Source: Botryllus schlosseri (Eukaryota). From it: 64,000 nucleotides of DNA. The notes under the pieces were generated by a model. It saw only the letters and a program-made list of their open reading frames with translations, was not told where the DNA came from and made no database searches. Location: assembly GCA_051294905.1 (NCBI GenBank), contig CM119372.1:32676001-32740000 (forward strand), given 5' to 3'. The position numbers and the translations under genes are program-made. Positions 14,444-29,092 of this stretch are shown here, one piece after another; position 1 is the first letter of the stretch; each line of letters opens with the position of its first letter.

Positions 14444-15789
14444 CTTGCAATATTCTGTTGCCTAATATCTATAAAGTAGACTAAAGAAAACTGCCAAAAT
14501 AGAAGAATTATATTAATAAAAATGTAGCGATGCGTTTCAACTAATAGAACCGAGCAAGTAAGAATATTATAGCTTGGCCGCATAAGAACTAAATATTGTG
14601 CAAAAATAACACTGGAGCCATAAGAAAAGACGGGTGATATGCGCGATTGTACATGTACATATTTGAATGACACAGTGGACTTTGTGATAACATAATAACA
14701 GAGCTACCTCTCAAAACATAGCAAAATAACAAATCAAACACTTTTGAATGACATGATTAGGAATTCCGTGCGAGCCAAAACAATGATAGAAGTTACATCC
14801 GGAAAAATCTCTATTCATGATCCATACCAGATATTAGAAAGCATTCAATAAAAAGAACGTTGACTTCAATGGAGGCATCAAAATGGCATTGTAATCAAGT
14901 CATGACATGCAAAACCGGCCTTCCCAACTTCACAGCTATTGATCCTCCATATCGCAGAATATGTGTGCTATTTGTTTCAATGCAACCCTGCCACTTACTG
15001 CAGTTTCATTACTAAATGTAGACTACTATAAATCACACTCCAAACAATGTTTGTTCTGTAGCCTAGCTCACTTAGTCTGGCTTAGGGCTAGGCCAATTAG
15101 GTAGAGTCGTCTGCACTGCACTGAGCTGGTGTGCCATTTGTAAGCGAGCGAAATTCGCTGGGTGCGTTGAGTCGCTGGCCTAAACATTCACATCTGCAAC
15201 AGGTCTGGTTATGCTGGCCTGAACAATCGCATCTACAATAGGCCTTGTGTGCACAATATAATCGTTGGCCTGAGCAATCGCCACTGCAATAGGCCTGGTG
15301 CAGAAGATATCGTTGCTGGCCCGAGCTATCGCATCTCTTCGACTCCTATCTCTATTTCGTTTAGAGACAATGCCGTTAAGCGTATAATGATCAGCGATCG
15401 TTATGTGACATCGACTCAACGCAACTTCAACGTGCGTAATTGATTTCCGCTAATACTAGAACATAATTATCGATGGTAACTTATAAAACGCTCAAGTTCG
15501 TCAACAAGAGAATCTTGCATTATCGGCATTTACGCATGTACTATGCCTGTACTGCTCGTGCAGGGTGCGTACTATACATGGGTACAGGTTTTTTCCGAAA
15601 AATCTACATGCTATTTTTAGGACGCGTATTATTAACCTGAACATCTCATGAAACCTCGCCTGCTGACACACAAATCAATAGGGAACACTTGCGTCAAGGA
15701 GGAAAAATATTCAATATAAGCCAAAACGAAGGAATATGAGCACTGTGATATTGATACAAGAGAAAGACAACTGGGCAATGTATAAGCAG

Positions 15790-16406
15790 TAGGGCTGTTC
15801 AAAAATAACCTTTTTTCCTGAATCTTTCTGGTTACTTGATTAAATCGTTAGGTTGCCTTAAAAAACGACGCACACCAAATTTGAATTCATTCCAACCAAT
15901 ATTCGCGGATTACGTAGAGTTCGAAAATTTTGAATTTGCCTAAAAATACAAAAAAAAAATTTTTCAAATTTTTCTGTCAACCCCATGGAATTGTTGCGCT
16001 GTCTTCAAAAACGATGCAAAACAAATTTGACTCAATTCGAAGCCGTAGAAGTGGAGTTATTTCAGTTTTTCTTTGATAATTCTGAGATGATCCTTGATTG
16101 GTGGATCATCCCAGAATTATCATCAAAAAACTTGAATAACTCCGCTTCTGTAGCTTGGAATTGAGTCAATTTTTTTTTCCTTCATTTTTGAAGACAGCGC
16201 AACAATTCCATAAGGTTGAAAGGAAAATTTGAAGAAATTTTTTTTTTCATTTTTAGGCAAATTTAAAATTTTCGAACTCTACGTAATTCGCGAATATTGG
16301 TTGGAATGAATTCAAATTTGGTGTGCGTCGTTTTTTAAGGCAACCTAACGATTTAATCAAGTAACCAGAAAGATTCAGGAAAAAAGGTTATTTTTGAACA
16401 GCCCTA
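15790..16406. mobile_element. Near-perfect 617-bp hairpin MITE
   Basis: TAGGGCTGTTCAAAAATAACC...GGTTATTTTTGAACAGCCCTA, self-complementary throughout; TSD ATAAGCAG. Confidence 0.85.
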
Positions 16407-16984
16407 ATAAGCAGACAGCACACTGACACGATTGCAAACTTGTGCATTCATATAGCTGTATTTCCTCATATTTTTGGTACGCGGAAGTGCACAAATAATT
16501 TACGACCAACATCGACATCCTTTCATTCACTAGCAATGTTGGTTTACCATATGTAAATAATGAATTGATTCAAACAAAAAAACGACTTTACAGCAGGCCT
16601 ATTTGCGATATCGGGCCAAGATGAATCTGGTCCAGTGGCGCAAAGCCTTTTGCCAGTCGCGCATCCCCTTTTTAAAAATTATAAAGCTTGCAGATCCATT
16701 AATCACCAAGACTTTAATCTGTACAATAATTTTGCCATCCCGAGTAGATACGGAAATCCTAGCGAATCTCAATTACGGCGATTGAAGGTGGATTAGATGA
16801 AGCAGGAGTGTAACAGAATTATGACAGCTCTCCACTAATATTGGTCTTGGCTCTTCACATCGTTATCAACCACACTAATTAGAGCGAAATGCAAGGAATC
16901 CAATTCTGATCTAATTTGTGAAATGTTTCCATGCAGTAATTTCAATTCCAATCTAATTTCCGTAGCCTAAAGTACGGAACGGGC

Positions 16985-19900
16985 CAAGCTTGCCTACAGG
17001 GTTGGTTCGATTGGTTTGAAATAAGGATAGTCATGTTAGAAATGAGGACAGTCTCATGTTTGAAATGAGGATAGTCATGTCAGAAATAAGGATAGTCATG
17101 TTTGAAATAAGGATAGTCGCTATATTCACTATAAAGTCAGTTGCAGTACCAGGCACGACTTTCCAGTGGGAACCCAGTCCGAACACATCCCAGACATGAT
17201 GTCCGAACACGCCCCAGACACGATTTCCTAGCGTCAGCACAGTCCTAACATACCCCAGACATGATGTCCGAACACGCCCCCGACACGATGTCCGATTGGC
17301 AGCACAGGCCGAACACACCCCGGACATGATGTTCAAACACGCGCCAGACACGATGTACGACTGTCAATACAGGCCTAACACGCCCAAGACACCATGTCTG
17401 AATGGCAACACAGACCGAACACGCCCCAGACACGATGTCCTAGTGTCAACTCAGATCCGAAAACAACCCAGACACCGTGTTTGAATGACCGAACATGCCC
17501 CAGACACGATGTCCGATTGGCAGCACAGGCCGAACACACCCCACACATGATGTCCGAACTCGCCGCAGACACAATGTCCGAGTGTCAACTCAGTCCGAAC
17601 ACAACCCAGACACCATGTTTGAATCGCCGATCTCGACCCAGACATGATATCCGAACACGCGCCAGACACGATGTCCGAGTATCAACACAGGCCGAACACG
17701 CCCAAAGACACCATGTCCGAATGACAACACAGACCGAACACGCCCCAGACACGATGTCTGATTCGCAACACAGGCCGAACACACCCCGGTCATGATGTCC
17801 GAACACGCTCCAGACACGATGTCCGAGTTTCAACACAGGCCTAACACGCCCAAGACACCATGTCTGAATGGCAACACAGACCGAACACGCCCCAGACACG
17901 ATGTCCGATGAGTGTCAACTTAGTCCGAACACAACCCAGACACCATGTTTGAATGGCCGATCTCACCCCTGACATAATGTAAGAACACGCGCCAGACACG
18001 ATGTCCGAGTATCAACACAGGCCGAACACGCACAAGGCACCATGTCCGAATGGTAGCACAGGCCGAACACACCCCAGACTTGATGTCCGAACACGCCTCA
18101 GACACAGTGTCCGAGTGTCAACACAGGCCGAACACGCCCATGTCTGAATGGCAGCACAGGCCGAACACCCCCCAGACATGATGTCCGAACACTCCCAAGG
18201 CACGATGTCCGAACACGCGCCAGACAGGTGTCAACACAGGCCTAACACGCCCAAGACACCATGCTGAATGGCAACACAGACCGAACACGCCCCAGACACG
18301 GTGCCCGAGTGTCATCTCAGTCTGAACACAACCCAGACACCATGTTTGAATGGCAATAGCACAGGCCGAACACACCCCACACATGATGTCCGAACTCGCC
18401 GCAGACACAATGTCCGAGTGTCAACTCAGTCCGAACACAACCCAGACACCATGTTTGAATGGCCGAACACACCCCAGACATGATGTTCGGACATCGTGTC
18501 TAGGATGTGTTCGGACTGGAGCTGGGATGTGTTAGGACTGGGTTCTGGGAAATCGTGCCTGGTACTACAACTGACCTCATAGTGAATATAATAGCGACTA
18601 TCCTTATTTCAAACATGACTAACCTCATTTCTAACATGACTATCCTCATTTCAAACACGAGACTAACCTCATTTCAAACATGACTATCCTTATATCAAAC
18701 ATGACTATCCTCATTTCTGACATGACTATCCTCATTTCAAACATGAGACTAACCTCATTTCAAACATGACTATCCTTATATCAAACATGACTATCCTCAT
18801 TTCTAACATGACTATCCTTATTTCAAACACGAGACTGACCTTATTTCAAACATGACCAACCTTATTAACATCGTGTCCGGGGGGGGGGGGGGGGGGGGGC
18901 TGGGACTGTGTTGCCAATCGCACATCGTGTCTGGGGCGTGTTCCGACATCATGTCTGGGTTGTGTTCGGCATGTGCTGCCATTTAGACATTATGTCTGGG
19001 GCGTGTCGGCCTGTGTTGACACTCGGACATCGTGTCTGGGGCGTGTTTGGACATCATGTCTAGGGTGTGTTCGGCCTGTGGTGCCAATCGGACATCGTGT
19101 CTGGGGCGTGTTTGGACATCATGTCTGGGGTGTGTTCGGCCTGTGCTGCCAATAGGACATCGTGTCTGGGGCGTGTTCGGCCATTCAAACATGGTGTCTT
19201 GGTTGTTTTCGGATCTGAGTTGACACAAAGACATCGTGTCTGGGGCGTGTTCGGTCTGTGTTGCCATTCAGACATGGTGTCTTGGGCGTATTAGGCCTGT
19301 ATTGACACTCGTACATCGTGTCTGGCGCGTGTTTGAACATCATGTCTGGGGTGTGTTCGGCCTGTGCTGCCAATCGGACATCGTGTCTGGGGCGTGTTCG
19401 GCCATTCAAACATGGTGTCTTGGTTGTTTTCGGATCTGAGTTGACACTAAGACATCCTGTCTGGGGCGTGTTCGGTCTGTTTTGCCATTCAGACATGGTG
19501 TCTTGGGCGTGTTAGGCCTGTATTGACACTCGTACATCGTGTCTGGCGCGTGTTTGAACATCATGTCTGGGGTGTGTTCGGCCTGTGCTGCCAATCGGAC
19601 ATCGTGTCTGGGACGTGTTTGGACATCATGTCTGTGGTGTGTTCGGTCTGTGCTGCCAATCGGACATCGTGTCTGGGGCGTGTTCGGTCCGTGTTGCCAT
19701 TCGGACATGGTGTCTTGGGCGTGTTAGGCCTGTATTGACACTCGTAGATCGTGTCTGGCACGTGTTTGAACATCATGTCTGGGGTGTGTTCGGTCTGTGC
19801 TACCATTCGGACATCGTGTCTGGGGCGTGTTCGGACATCATGTCTGGGGTATGTTAGGACTGTGTTGACACTAGGACATCGTGTCTGGGGCGTGTTCGGT

Positions 19901-20328
19901 CTGTGTTGCGATTCAGACATGGTGTCTTGGGCGTGTTAGGCCTGTATTGACACTCGTAGATCGTGTCTGGCACGTGTTTGAACATCATGTCTGGGGTGTG
20001 TTCGGTCTGTGCTACCATTCGGACATCGTGTCTGGGGCGTGTTCGGACATCATGTCTGGGGTATGTTAGGACTGTGTTGACGCTAGGACATCGTGTCTGG
20101 GGCGTGTTCGGACATCATGTCTGGGATGTGTTCGGACTGGGTTACCACTGGGAAGTCGTGCCTGGTACTGCAACTGACTTTATAGTGAATATAGCGACTA
20201 TCCTCATTTCAAACATGACTATCCTTATTTCTGACATGACTATCCTCATTTCAAACATGAGACTCTCCTCATTTCAAACAAATCTGTCCTTATTTCAAAC
20301 CAATCGAACCAACCTTCCTCAAGCTTGC
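16985..20328. repeat. Inverted (foldback) array of ~20-24-bp minisatellites
   Basis: CCGAACACGCCCCAGACACGATGT-type units on the left and their reverse complement on the right; AAACATGACTATCCTCATTTC subterminal units; GGTTGGTTCG...CGAACCAACC ends. Confidence 0.9.
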
Positions 20329-22038
20329 TGTACACGACATTTGCTATTTCCAGGCTCGGTAGAATAAGCTATGATTTGATATCAACAGAACTTGATTCAA
20401 TGTCTAAGTTTTCGATAATTCAGTACTGGTAATTCTAATCTAATTAGGAAATACCTGTGTAGCTATAATTATAATTCTAGAATATAATTTTAAAAAGCTT
20501 AACATTTTTAGTTTGTATCAACAAATCATTTATGATTTAAAAAAATGATTGTGAGGCTCCTCTTCTAGTTTTGACATACCAATTACAGTTTTGGGGTGCA
20601 GAAGCTATACAAGTCCTTGTTTCACATACAAATCAGTTGATTTTGCCTGGCCTTAGCTACATCCGGATGTAGTCAGTACCACTAACTAGTTCAATTTTTA
20701 CTTCCGAGTGGTCAAGCAGGTAAGCACAATATGCACAAGCCATGTTGCTCTGCTCTGAGACGTGGGAAGGAGCCTCTGCACCACGTTAAATAATTTGTTT
20801 GTAGTGTCATTGGTCATTCTGTTGGTCGTGAAGACGCAACTAGCAATTTTCAAATTGGTGACCACTGATTAACCGCTAAAAATCTACCGTACTTTTTGAA
20901 AGTACTTACTTGAGCATCCAACTTTTCACAAGTTAATTTTGTACTTGCACAGATAGCCTATTCCACTTTACTCAATTTGCACTGGACTACTATATTATGA
21001 TTCTTACCAGACAGCTACAGTTGTCCTCGCAAAAGCTCATCCGAAGTTGAGATTCATTGCGACGAACATCAAAAAGAATACCCTGTTAAGAAACAGGCTA
21101 TAGGGCCTATTCATTATCCAATCAATAAAGTTAATAGGTTGACCTACAAAATGAAGGTATAGTTTCAATAATTATGGTGCAACACCAATCACAGTATTAG
21201 CCTACCTAAAGATATTCAAATTGTCTTGAATAAAATTAAACGGGTGTAGCATAAAAATCAGTATTACATCAATTAATGGCGCAATCAATGCCCAATGAAT
21301 GAGTAGTTCAGACAAGAGAAATAATTCTTGTTACAAAATGCAGTTCGGCCAAACTAGAAAGTACCCAGCACTGTCAATTACGGCTACTATAGATAATAAA
21401 GATCATTAAAGATCTAGGAAAATGCATGATAATGTAGGCTGTGGCTACTCATATTATTTCAAGTTTGGAAAGGGCATAAAACAGCTTAGTAGTACATGAT
21501 TGCCTTGTATGTTGTTTTAATGAACTATCTATGTAATTATGTGCTCAGCCATTAGGAGAGAGAGCATTTCAGCTTCTCTTGACTGTGCGTAGCCACAGCG
21601 AGCGGATCAGTGCGCAATTGCCTGTACAAGGATTTGACTGAACCTGAGACCCCAGGAATCTTTGTACTTTTCACAATAAATTGTGAGGCATGATAGGTCT
21701 CTATATGAAATTCTTGTCAATTACGAGGCAAGTCACAAAGAAACTGGATACCAATCTCATGGACGCCAGTGGTATTAGCAGTTAAATTAGGCTGCTTTTT
21801 TAAATTTATGTCATCAAGATTACTTCAACAGTGGTTAGTGCAGAAAGGAAAGTTGAGCAAAGACGTTAAATCAACACATTTGCTTTCATGCTTTATTGGG
21901 TGCTTGTGGCTATTTTCAGGAGGCCGTGTGCAACTAGAAAAGGGTTATGGCCACACAAGACACTAATTCCACACTGTGACGAGAATAAAGGTTTGAGAGA
22001 CTGGGGGTGTTACTAATGATGGCTGTTACGCGCAAGCA

Positions 22039-23100
22039 TCACGATCTACGAAAAACATTATCAAATCTCTCTTTTCCAACACACCACAATTCCTCAATGA
22101 AGTAATCCAGGGTGCTTGATTCATGCTCCTCATGTTGTGAGGTCTGTGGGTTATGAAGAACATCATACCCACCCAAAATTCTCAGGGAAGCAAAGCGGGC
22201 TAAGACTGCATAGTACAGAAAATCTATTTCTTCGGGTTTGAAGGTGATGTGCTGTTGAAATCCACTCATAAATAATTTGGCTGCCGGGAAGTACGTCAAC
22301 CCATTCACAAAGTAGGTTTGATACATACAGCTCGCAATGGGTATGGCAGCATCAAAAATAGAATAACCAAACGTCATATCAGAAAAATCTATCACGCCAA
22401 CAACAGCATATTCCTTTCTAACGTTAGGTGAAAATACTAAATTTTCAAGGCAGAGATCATGATGAATCAGTGTTTTCGTAAGAAAAGACGGTTTAGCTGA
22501 CAAACTTTCAATGACATCCATAATTTTGGAACAGATATTTTGCACATTGAGATTCGTCACAATATTTAACTTATCCCGCGATAAATGTAAACTTTCAGTC
22601 ATATAAACATCATTGGGACGTAATGGCAGGAGGGTTCGGGTGTCATTCGAGAGAATATGCAATTGAGAAGCAAGCCTACCAGCACAGCATCCGATATTGT
22701 GACACAAAGTTAAGAAATTATCTTCGTTGAGACGCAATTCTTTGTGATCAATCCCATCTATGTAACTTAGGAGGACTACTTTTCTTGCAATACCCGTGAT
22801 CGATGTGTGTTCCACAAACTTTCCATTGTCAGTCGCTATGGGTCGGGGAGTTGACATTTCCATGGATGGCAGCAAGTGAAGAACATTCATTATCGCTTCC
22901 GTCAAGTTTTCAGTGTTGGAATCATTGACATTAACGATTTTAAGAACATACTTTCCAGCAATTCCGGATGACAGACACTTCCCCACAACTGCATAATTCA
23001 TATCATCATACCCTGTTAGCCGTGACACAGATTCTGTCTCTAAGTTGAATTTATCAAGCAATAGTTTACTGATGTCGAGTATTTCAGGAACAATGGTCAT
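22039..23100 (-). CDS. HYKK: Hydroxylysine kinase-like (AGPHD1/aminoglycoside phosphotransferase family), intronless
   Basis: Motifs GYDDMNY, YVLKI, IHHDLCLEN (HxD) and VIDFSD. ATG at 23100 follows an acceptor-like TTTTCCAG; the ORF track extends to 23169. Orthology not proven. Confidence 0.7.
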   Translation of the reverse strand: MTIVPEILDISKLLLDKFNLETESVSRLTGYDDMNYAVVGKCLSSGIAGKYVLKIVNVNDSNTENLTEAIMNVLHLLPSMEMSTPRPIATDNGKFVEHTSITGIARKVVLLSYIDGIDHKELRLNEDNFLTLCHNIGCCAGRLASQLHILSNDTRTLLPLRPNDVYMTESLHLSRDKLNIVTNLNVQNICSKIMDVIESLSAKPSFLTKTLIHHDLCLENLVFSPNVRKEYAVVGVIDFSDMTFGYSIFDAAIPIASCMYQTYFVNGLTYFPAAKLFMSGFQQHITFKPEEIDFLYYAVLARFASLRILGGYDVLHNPQTSQHEEHESSTLDYFIEELWCVGKERFDNVFRRS

Positions 23101-26029
23101 TGCCACACAAATATATACAATAGTTGTCTGGAAAAGCATAGGAATCGTTTGATAGAGACAGCAACCCAATCCTTAAAAATTGAACAGATTTCAGTTGATT
23201 TGTATCTGGGCGCCGCCGGCACTACCGAAATGACACGTGACACAATATCTTGCCAGCACATCAGTAACCGTTTGCATATCACGTTACATTATGCAATCAC
23301 CTTGCGTCGGACGATTCGAATTCAAGACCAACATTTGTCGACACGATATTCGATAAGCATTCATAAAGGTATCGGCACGGCAAAAAAGTTGTGAGAGTGG
23401 TAACATGTACTCTACAAATGTATCGGCCCTGTACATCGCAGACGTGTATTGCATATATTCCTTACGCAAATGCACTGGAACGACACTGGAAATCTGAAGC
23501 GTTACAAGAAATACTTCTGATTACTAGGATAATGCAAAAGCTTCCGGATAGTCGTTAATCTACGGGAAATTCTGTTTGCACAGCGGCAAGACCGCTCTGA
23601 AGAGCGGCAGATCGGCGAGTAGCTCAAACAGAACCGACCCGCCTTCTAGTTGTCCAATAGCAAATGGCCGCCTCGCCAGTTTTACGAGAACCGCCTCTTT
23701 AGCAATTCATGCATGAATGCATGGATATTGGACACCTATCATTTGACTACAGGTAACTAACCTCCGTATGTTAGCTATAATTTGACTCAGTCATAATTTT
23801 CCGGTGACTCGACGTCATGAAGTAATAGGTGGTTGGCTTTGTGTTTGCAGGTTTGAATTGGATGTAGGCCTACCGCTCGGAATCTGGGGCACAGCCTGCA
23901 CGTCACTAATGATGCTACACGGCAGCTACGTGAGCATCAAAGGGCAGAACTGGGCGAAGTGCGGCCCGCTAAGCTATTCTGTGCGGCCCGCTAACCTATT
24001 CTGTGCCTGTACGGCCCGCGAAAGGTCGCTTGGAATTCGTACCTTAAAACCTGCATTTTGAATGTTGACGCATATGGACTAAAACCATAGGCTGTATCAA
24101 CTAAACAGAAAATTCGTTTTCTTTGAATCCGGTTCATTATTATGCCACGATTACGCTGCCTACGTACCTCGCATGCATAATCCAGATTGAAAATAAAAGG
24201 CAATTTGACAAAGTATGAGTATAGCAATTAAAGTCACAAGAAATCACTCTTTGCAAATAGTTTAGGTCAAACCTTTGCTGCCATTATCGCATTACGTATT
24301 ATACGGTAGGCTATGTGTTTCAAATTGTTACTTGAGGCGTTTCCAAATCCCTTATTTGTAAAACAAGTCAATCAGTGCTCGCAATTGCTATCTGAATCAT
24401 CATATCACATCACTCATAAAGGATGAACGGGCATGTCAAAAAAAGAAAGCTGCTGGAAGCTGAAATTCAAAGAAGGCTATAGAGCACTATATATTTGTAA
24501 ACTGGAGATTAGGGGTAAACCCGTCTTTTTAGTTTTTGCCGAGCATCTTGCCGAGATTTTAGGGATCTTAATTATGGCAAAAACACGAAACACTCGGTCA
24601 AGGAAGGGTGAATTTCAGAAAAACTGCAAGCTTCGCCCAACATCAATCAAGGTTATTTGAGGTGAACACTGCTCGATCGGAAGGCAGCGATCGAGACAAT
24701 AAACTTTGTACTATGCCATACATTTCAGTGCAGTGGTTCTCGAACTAGCGGGCGTGAAAGCATCTGAAGAGGGGCGCGACGCCGAAGTTATAAAATGATT
24801 TTTTTTTTCGCGCTCGGCGCGGTTTACCCCGTGATTATGGTGTTATAGTTATGGCTCCGTGTATTGTCCGACTTTGATATTTCCGAATTATCTCATCATC
24901 AGCCATAACCTTCCATGCCATCAAACCATCCGTTGCCATTAATTATGCTCTTGGTGTACAGACAGCCGCGGCGGCCAACCCGTGGCCCGCGAGAAGGTTT
25001 TGAGTGAGGTAATTTTCGAAATGAGTTACAATAAAAATAATTACCCAGGTCATTTTTTGTAAACTTTCAAGGGCTGCTTTGCAAAGGATGTTGATGACTA
25101 TATTCCGCACATTGGCGTCGCAAGGGGCCATAAGCCACAATTTCGTAGATCTTCGTATTACCCAGCTAGCACGCCCACTTGGTATCCAGGTGGAATTTAA
25201 GTGGTTAGGTGGGATGGATGATCGGAATGGGTTAGTAACATGTAACCCACATCGAAACCAAGCGGGATTTCCATCCATAAAGATGCGTGGTTATACCATA
25301 CCAATCCCAGGTAGATTGCAATAAGTCTCTTCTAATTGTACCTATCAATTTGAACTCGGGGGAGTTTTACTTGTTGAGTTTTTGATATCAAATCATCTTG
25401 AAACATGAGAAATCCACTTATGGAGGAGCTCAGATTTCCCATATATCACCCACACAGGAACCAACCTTATTTTCCATCAATGTTATTTGGTTTATTTCAT
25501 CGAATAATAAAGGTGGTTCGATATGTAGTAAAGTTTTCTAGCTATTATGCTATCCCTGTTGGTTGCTCGAACCTCGAACATTAAAACCCCTATGCTTTAC
25601 TTCGTCAATGTGATTTGAACTATTTAAAATTGACCGTTTGTCACACTGAAGTGAACTGAAATTTCCGTTGCTAGAGTAGGCTACTCAATTCCTCACAGCG
25701 TGCGGTATATTTTTCTTGCGTAGATCCCATTACCTTTATCCCTTATCTGTATCTATTATTTTTAACTCAGGATTAATTTTACTCGTAAAATTTCTGTGAT
25801 CAAATAATTGGAACTTGTTATTTTCGTCAATGAAGAATGGTCGACTTTTCATACGGCTCCCACATGTGACCGAGTAGTTTTCCGAAATAGATGCTTCTAT
25901 TATATTTTCCTACAGCAAGGTTTGTTCATTTATATAGTAAAGTCATGTTATAATCGGTTTCTGATTTATTCATTTGCGATGCTGGTCGCTGGGACATTTC
26001 CAAATTGAATTCCACCACCATATGAATTG

Positions 26030-26385
26030 AATTCGGGTACTGGTGACGATAAGCGCCTAAGAATCGGGCGGCCTCGGTTCGACTCCCGTTGGAGGTTTGT
26101 CCGGGCTCCTCTTCTTGCGACATATGAGACCCGAGAATATCTCGACGAAAGAATGCACTCACAAGTTATGGAAATCGCTAGCAAGGGCCGTGGCCTCGAA
26201 AATGATCAACATCGAGAGTAACTGTGACGGCGGGCACTCTAAGCCGAGGTAGATGTCAGTCTAAAAGACGGCAACTGCGCGTTGGTCGGCATCCTCCTAT
26301 CTGTTCATGACATCGCTTTGTATCTTATCGCATTGTACATTGTGTGTGTCTTGTTCAGTTGAAAATATAACTCAACGATTACACT
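26030..26385 (+). mobile_element. tRNA-derived SINE, family 1 (degenerate 5' end)
   Basis: B box GGTTCGACTCC; body colinear with 54598-55272. Confidence 0.65.
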
Positions 26386-28447
26386 TAAACAGTGATGATG
26401 GCCTCACTCACCCACCGTAAAGGTTATTATATACTCAGATTACCGTATATATTGTTTGGTTTGAGTAAGTGTTGGTAGCAGGTATTTACTGTACCGGATA
26501 CAATGTCAAAGTTAAATAACGTGTAGGGATTACCCAACATCGCCTTAGGACATGTCTACATCGAAATCTCGGCCCACTTAAACTGTCACTGCTACTGCCA
26601 CAAGGACCGGGGTCGTAATATTGTCTTCGCTATCAACTTGGTGGGTTACCCACATGGTTCCCCAGAAAATACCTCTGTAATATGGGGCCAAAAATGTACG
26701 GTTCCCGATTGGTTTCACCAGCTGGTTACCACAATTCATCTCACCTTGATACCTTGTGGTACCAGGCGCGTATCCAGAGCGCGAAAAAGGGGGGGGGGTT
26801 GCGTTACGAAATTGGCTATTGTGACGTCATCATTATGATCACTCGTCTCCACACCATGGCGAATATTTAATATATTATAGTTTAATAATAAACAGAGATT
26901 TGCGGTGAGTGGGAGATGTACGAATACGATACGGACATTGCCTGAAAATCGCGTTTCTTTTAATGTACGATTGAAAGAAATTCGTAAATGCTCACATTTA
27001 GTCATGAGCCGGCAAACGCCGCCCGTCTTCAAGCGCCTAGTTGCAATCAGAGATGCGCGATTTTGTTGGGTTTTGACGATATTATGCGCTCGGTCGGTAG
27101 TAACGCAGCGGACGAACAAGCGCGGAATAGGGCGGTAGCATAAACGAGGGCGATCGCCACAGAGAGGTGTGGTGTGAACAGTGTACGTCGTACACGAATG
27201 TGTGCTTTTCGATGGCTTTACTAGCCGTACGGCTGAGCGTGTAGTACGCGCGAAGATAATTAGACCTTAATTGCAAGCACGCAAGTCAGTCAACTAATAC
27301 AGAGTACACACTGGGATAATAACTTGATCGACAGAGAAACTTGTCAGCCGATATAATTAGGTTAACTTTACTACTAGGCCTACTCAATTCTCCCGTTCAG
27401 CGACAACATAGGCCAGTATTTGGACGACAGCAAGCCACCTAACAATCGAGAACGTGGATTGCTAGGCTTGTATTTTGAAATGTGAATGTCAATCCTAGGC
27501 CATTTCTCGCCAATAATCGCGAATACAATGTGGATTTGAGAATAGCATTGTCGTACTGGTGCCGTCGTGTCTGCGTCTCGCTGATCAATCAACACGCCGC
27601 GTGCAATTCATAATTAGGATTTCATGGCGAGCAGGTGCAGCGAATTCGCGAGCGATGTTGATTGCCGACAACTTCGTCTTTCCAATTACGTATCGCGTCG
27701 GCCAATTAGATTAGATTTTCCTAAAATGCGTCTCTCGTTTTAGCAAGCCGAGAGAGAAATCGAGGGAAGAAAGTTGAGAACGTCGGCAATTGCCACAGCT
27801 GAAATGTAGCTGAACAAGCGCAGAATTCGTATGAAATTAGCGAATTATAATGACCTATTTTATCCTTTCGACTAATTCGGCGCATAATTCCAATATTTTG
27901 TAGGGGTGTTAGTCCCCTTAAATAACATCAAGACGCCATATTCGCCTTTTCATACGTAAAAACGAATATGTTAAACTAATAAATTAGCAAATATTAGAGG
28001 CTATATTTGACATCAATTTTTATGATTTTGAAAAGGGGGGGTTCCGACCCCCTAAAACCCCCCTGGATACGCCACTGTGTGGTACCCAAGCAGGCGTGCT
28101 ACCTGGGTATAGGGTTACCACGTCTTGTGCGCTTTTTTTACTTTTTTGAAAGCGTCCTCGGAAGACGCCCTCTTGTCCTCTTTTTTGAGAAAATTGTTAA
28201 AATTTACGGCCAAATTCGACTGATATGCCGTAAATCAGCACCGAAGTACCGCCCTGGCGGGTATTTCGGAAGCTGAGCCGGGTATAATTGACCATTTTGT
28301 TTGGTCAACCACGCTGATAATGTTAAAGCAAAACTGTATTTTGGGCACTGAGCGAGAAAGTTAACCTTTTTCTGTAGTCAACCAACCACGAAGTGGGAAA
28401 AATTTACCATTATTTCAGGATTTTCCTCCGGTTTTGCAAGTCTAAAT

Positions 28448-28474
28448 CAGGGATATCTAGACTAGATATCCTTG
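28448..28474. mobile_element. 27-bp palindromic micro-element
   Basis: CAGGGATATCTAGACTAGATATCCTTG flanked by GTCTAAAT/ATCTAAAT (7/8 TSD match). Confidence 0.65.
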
Positions 28475-28764
28475 ATCTAAATATTATGAAAAAGTGTCCT
28501 CTTTTCAGATTTCCAAAATATGGTAACCCTATAGTATTAGGGATATGGTGTGAACCTCCGAAAGGTTCAGGTTCGTGTGAACGCGAACGTAAACCTCATG
28601 ACGTCACGTGACGTCATATTGCTAATACCAAACCTACATTTCAGTGAAGTGATAGTCTATATTAATGTATACACACGATATCTAGCGACGGCTCAGGCCA
28701 CATCATGCCACAAAGGCTGGAGTATATATTGACGTTTTAAACGTCGCCAATGGACCAACTCGAG

Positions 28765-29092
28765 CAGTGGTTCCCAACCTGGGGGGCGCGCCCCCCTTGG
28801 GGGGGGGAAAAGCGTGAAAGCATATCTGAGGGTGGCGCGAAGAAGCGATCAACTGCAAAAATAATTCGCGTTCTGCGCGATTTACCTCCAATTCACGCGT
28901 GTTTCTCTATATATAGACCGAATTTCATATTTCCTAATTCTCTCATCAACAGTCATAATCTTCCATGCCATCAAACAATCTATTGAAGTTGCTAGCATCC
29001 CGATTTGATTTTGTGATATGACGATAAGGGGGGCGCGAAATTTTTCACAATCATAAAGGGGCGCGTGTCTAAAAAAAGGTTGAGAACCACTG
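28765..29092. mobile_element. hAT MITE, family shared with 54858-55161 and 11445-11767
   Basis: CAGTGGTTCCCAACCT...AGGTTGAGAACCACTG; TSD AACTCGAG/AACTAGAG. Confidence 0.8.

Noticed and set aside
17031..20367. Many overlapping ORFs (MSGACS..., CLGRVR...) and a CRISPR-like periodic look
   Set aside because: These are translations of a minisatellite in all frames. There are no unique spacers or cas genes, and the context is eukaryotic
22039..23169. Bacterial aminoglycoside-resistance gene or horizontal transfer
   Set aside because: The motifs fit the animal HYKK/AGPHD1 branch of the same fold; nothing in the sequence indicates bacterial origin
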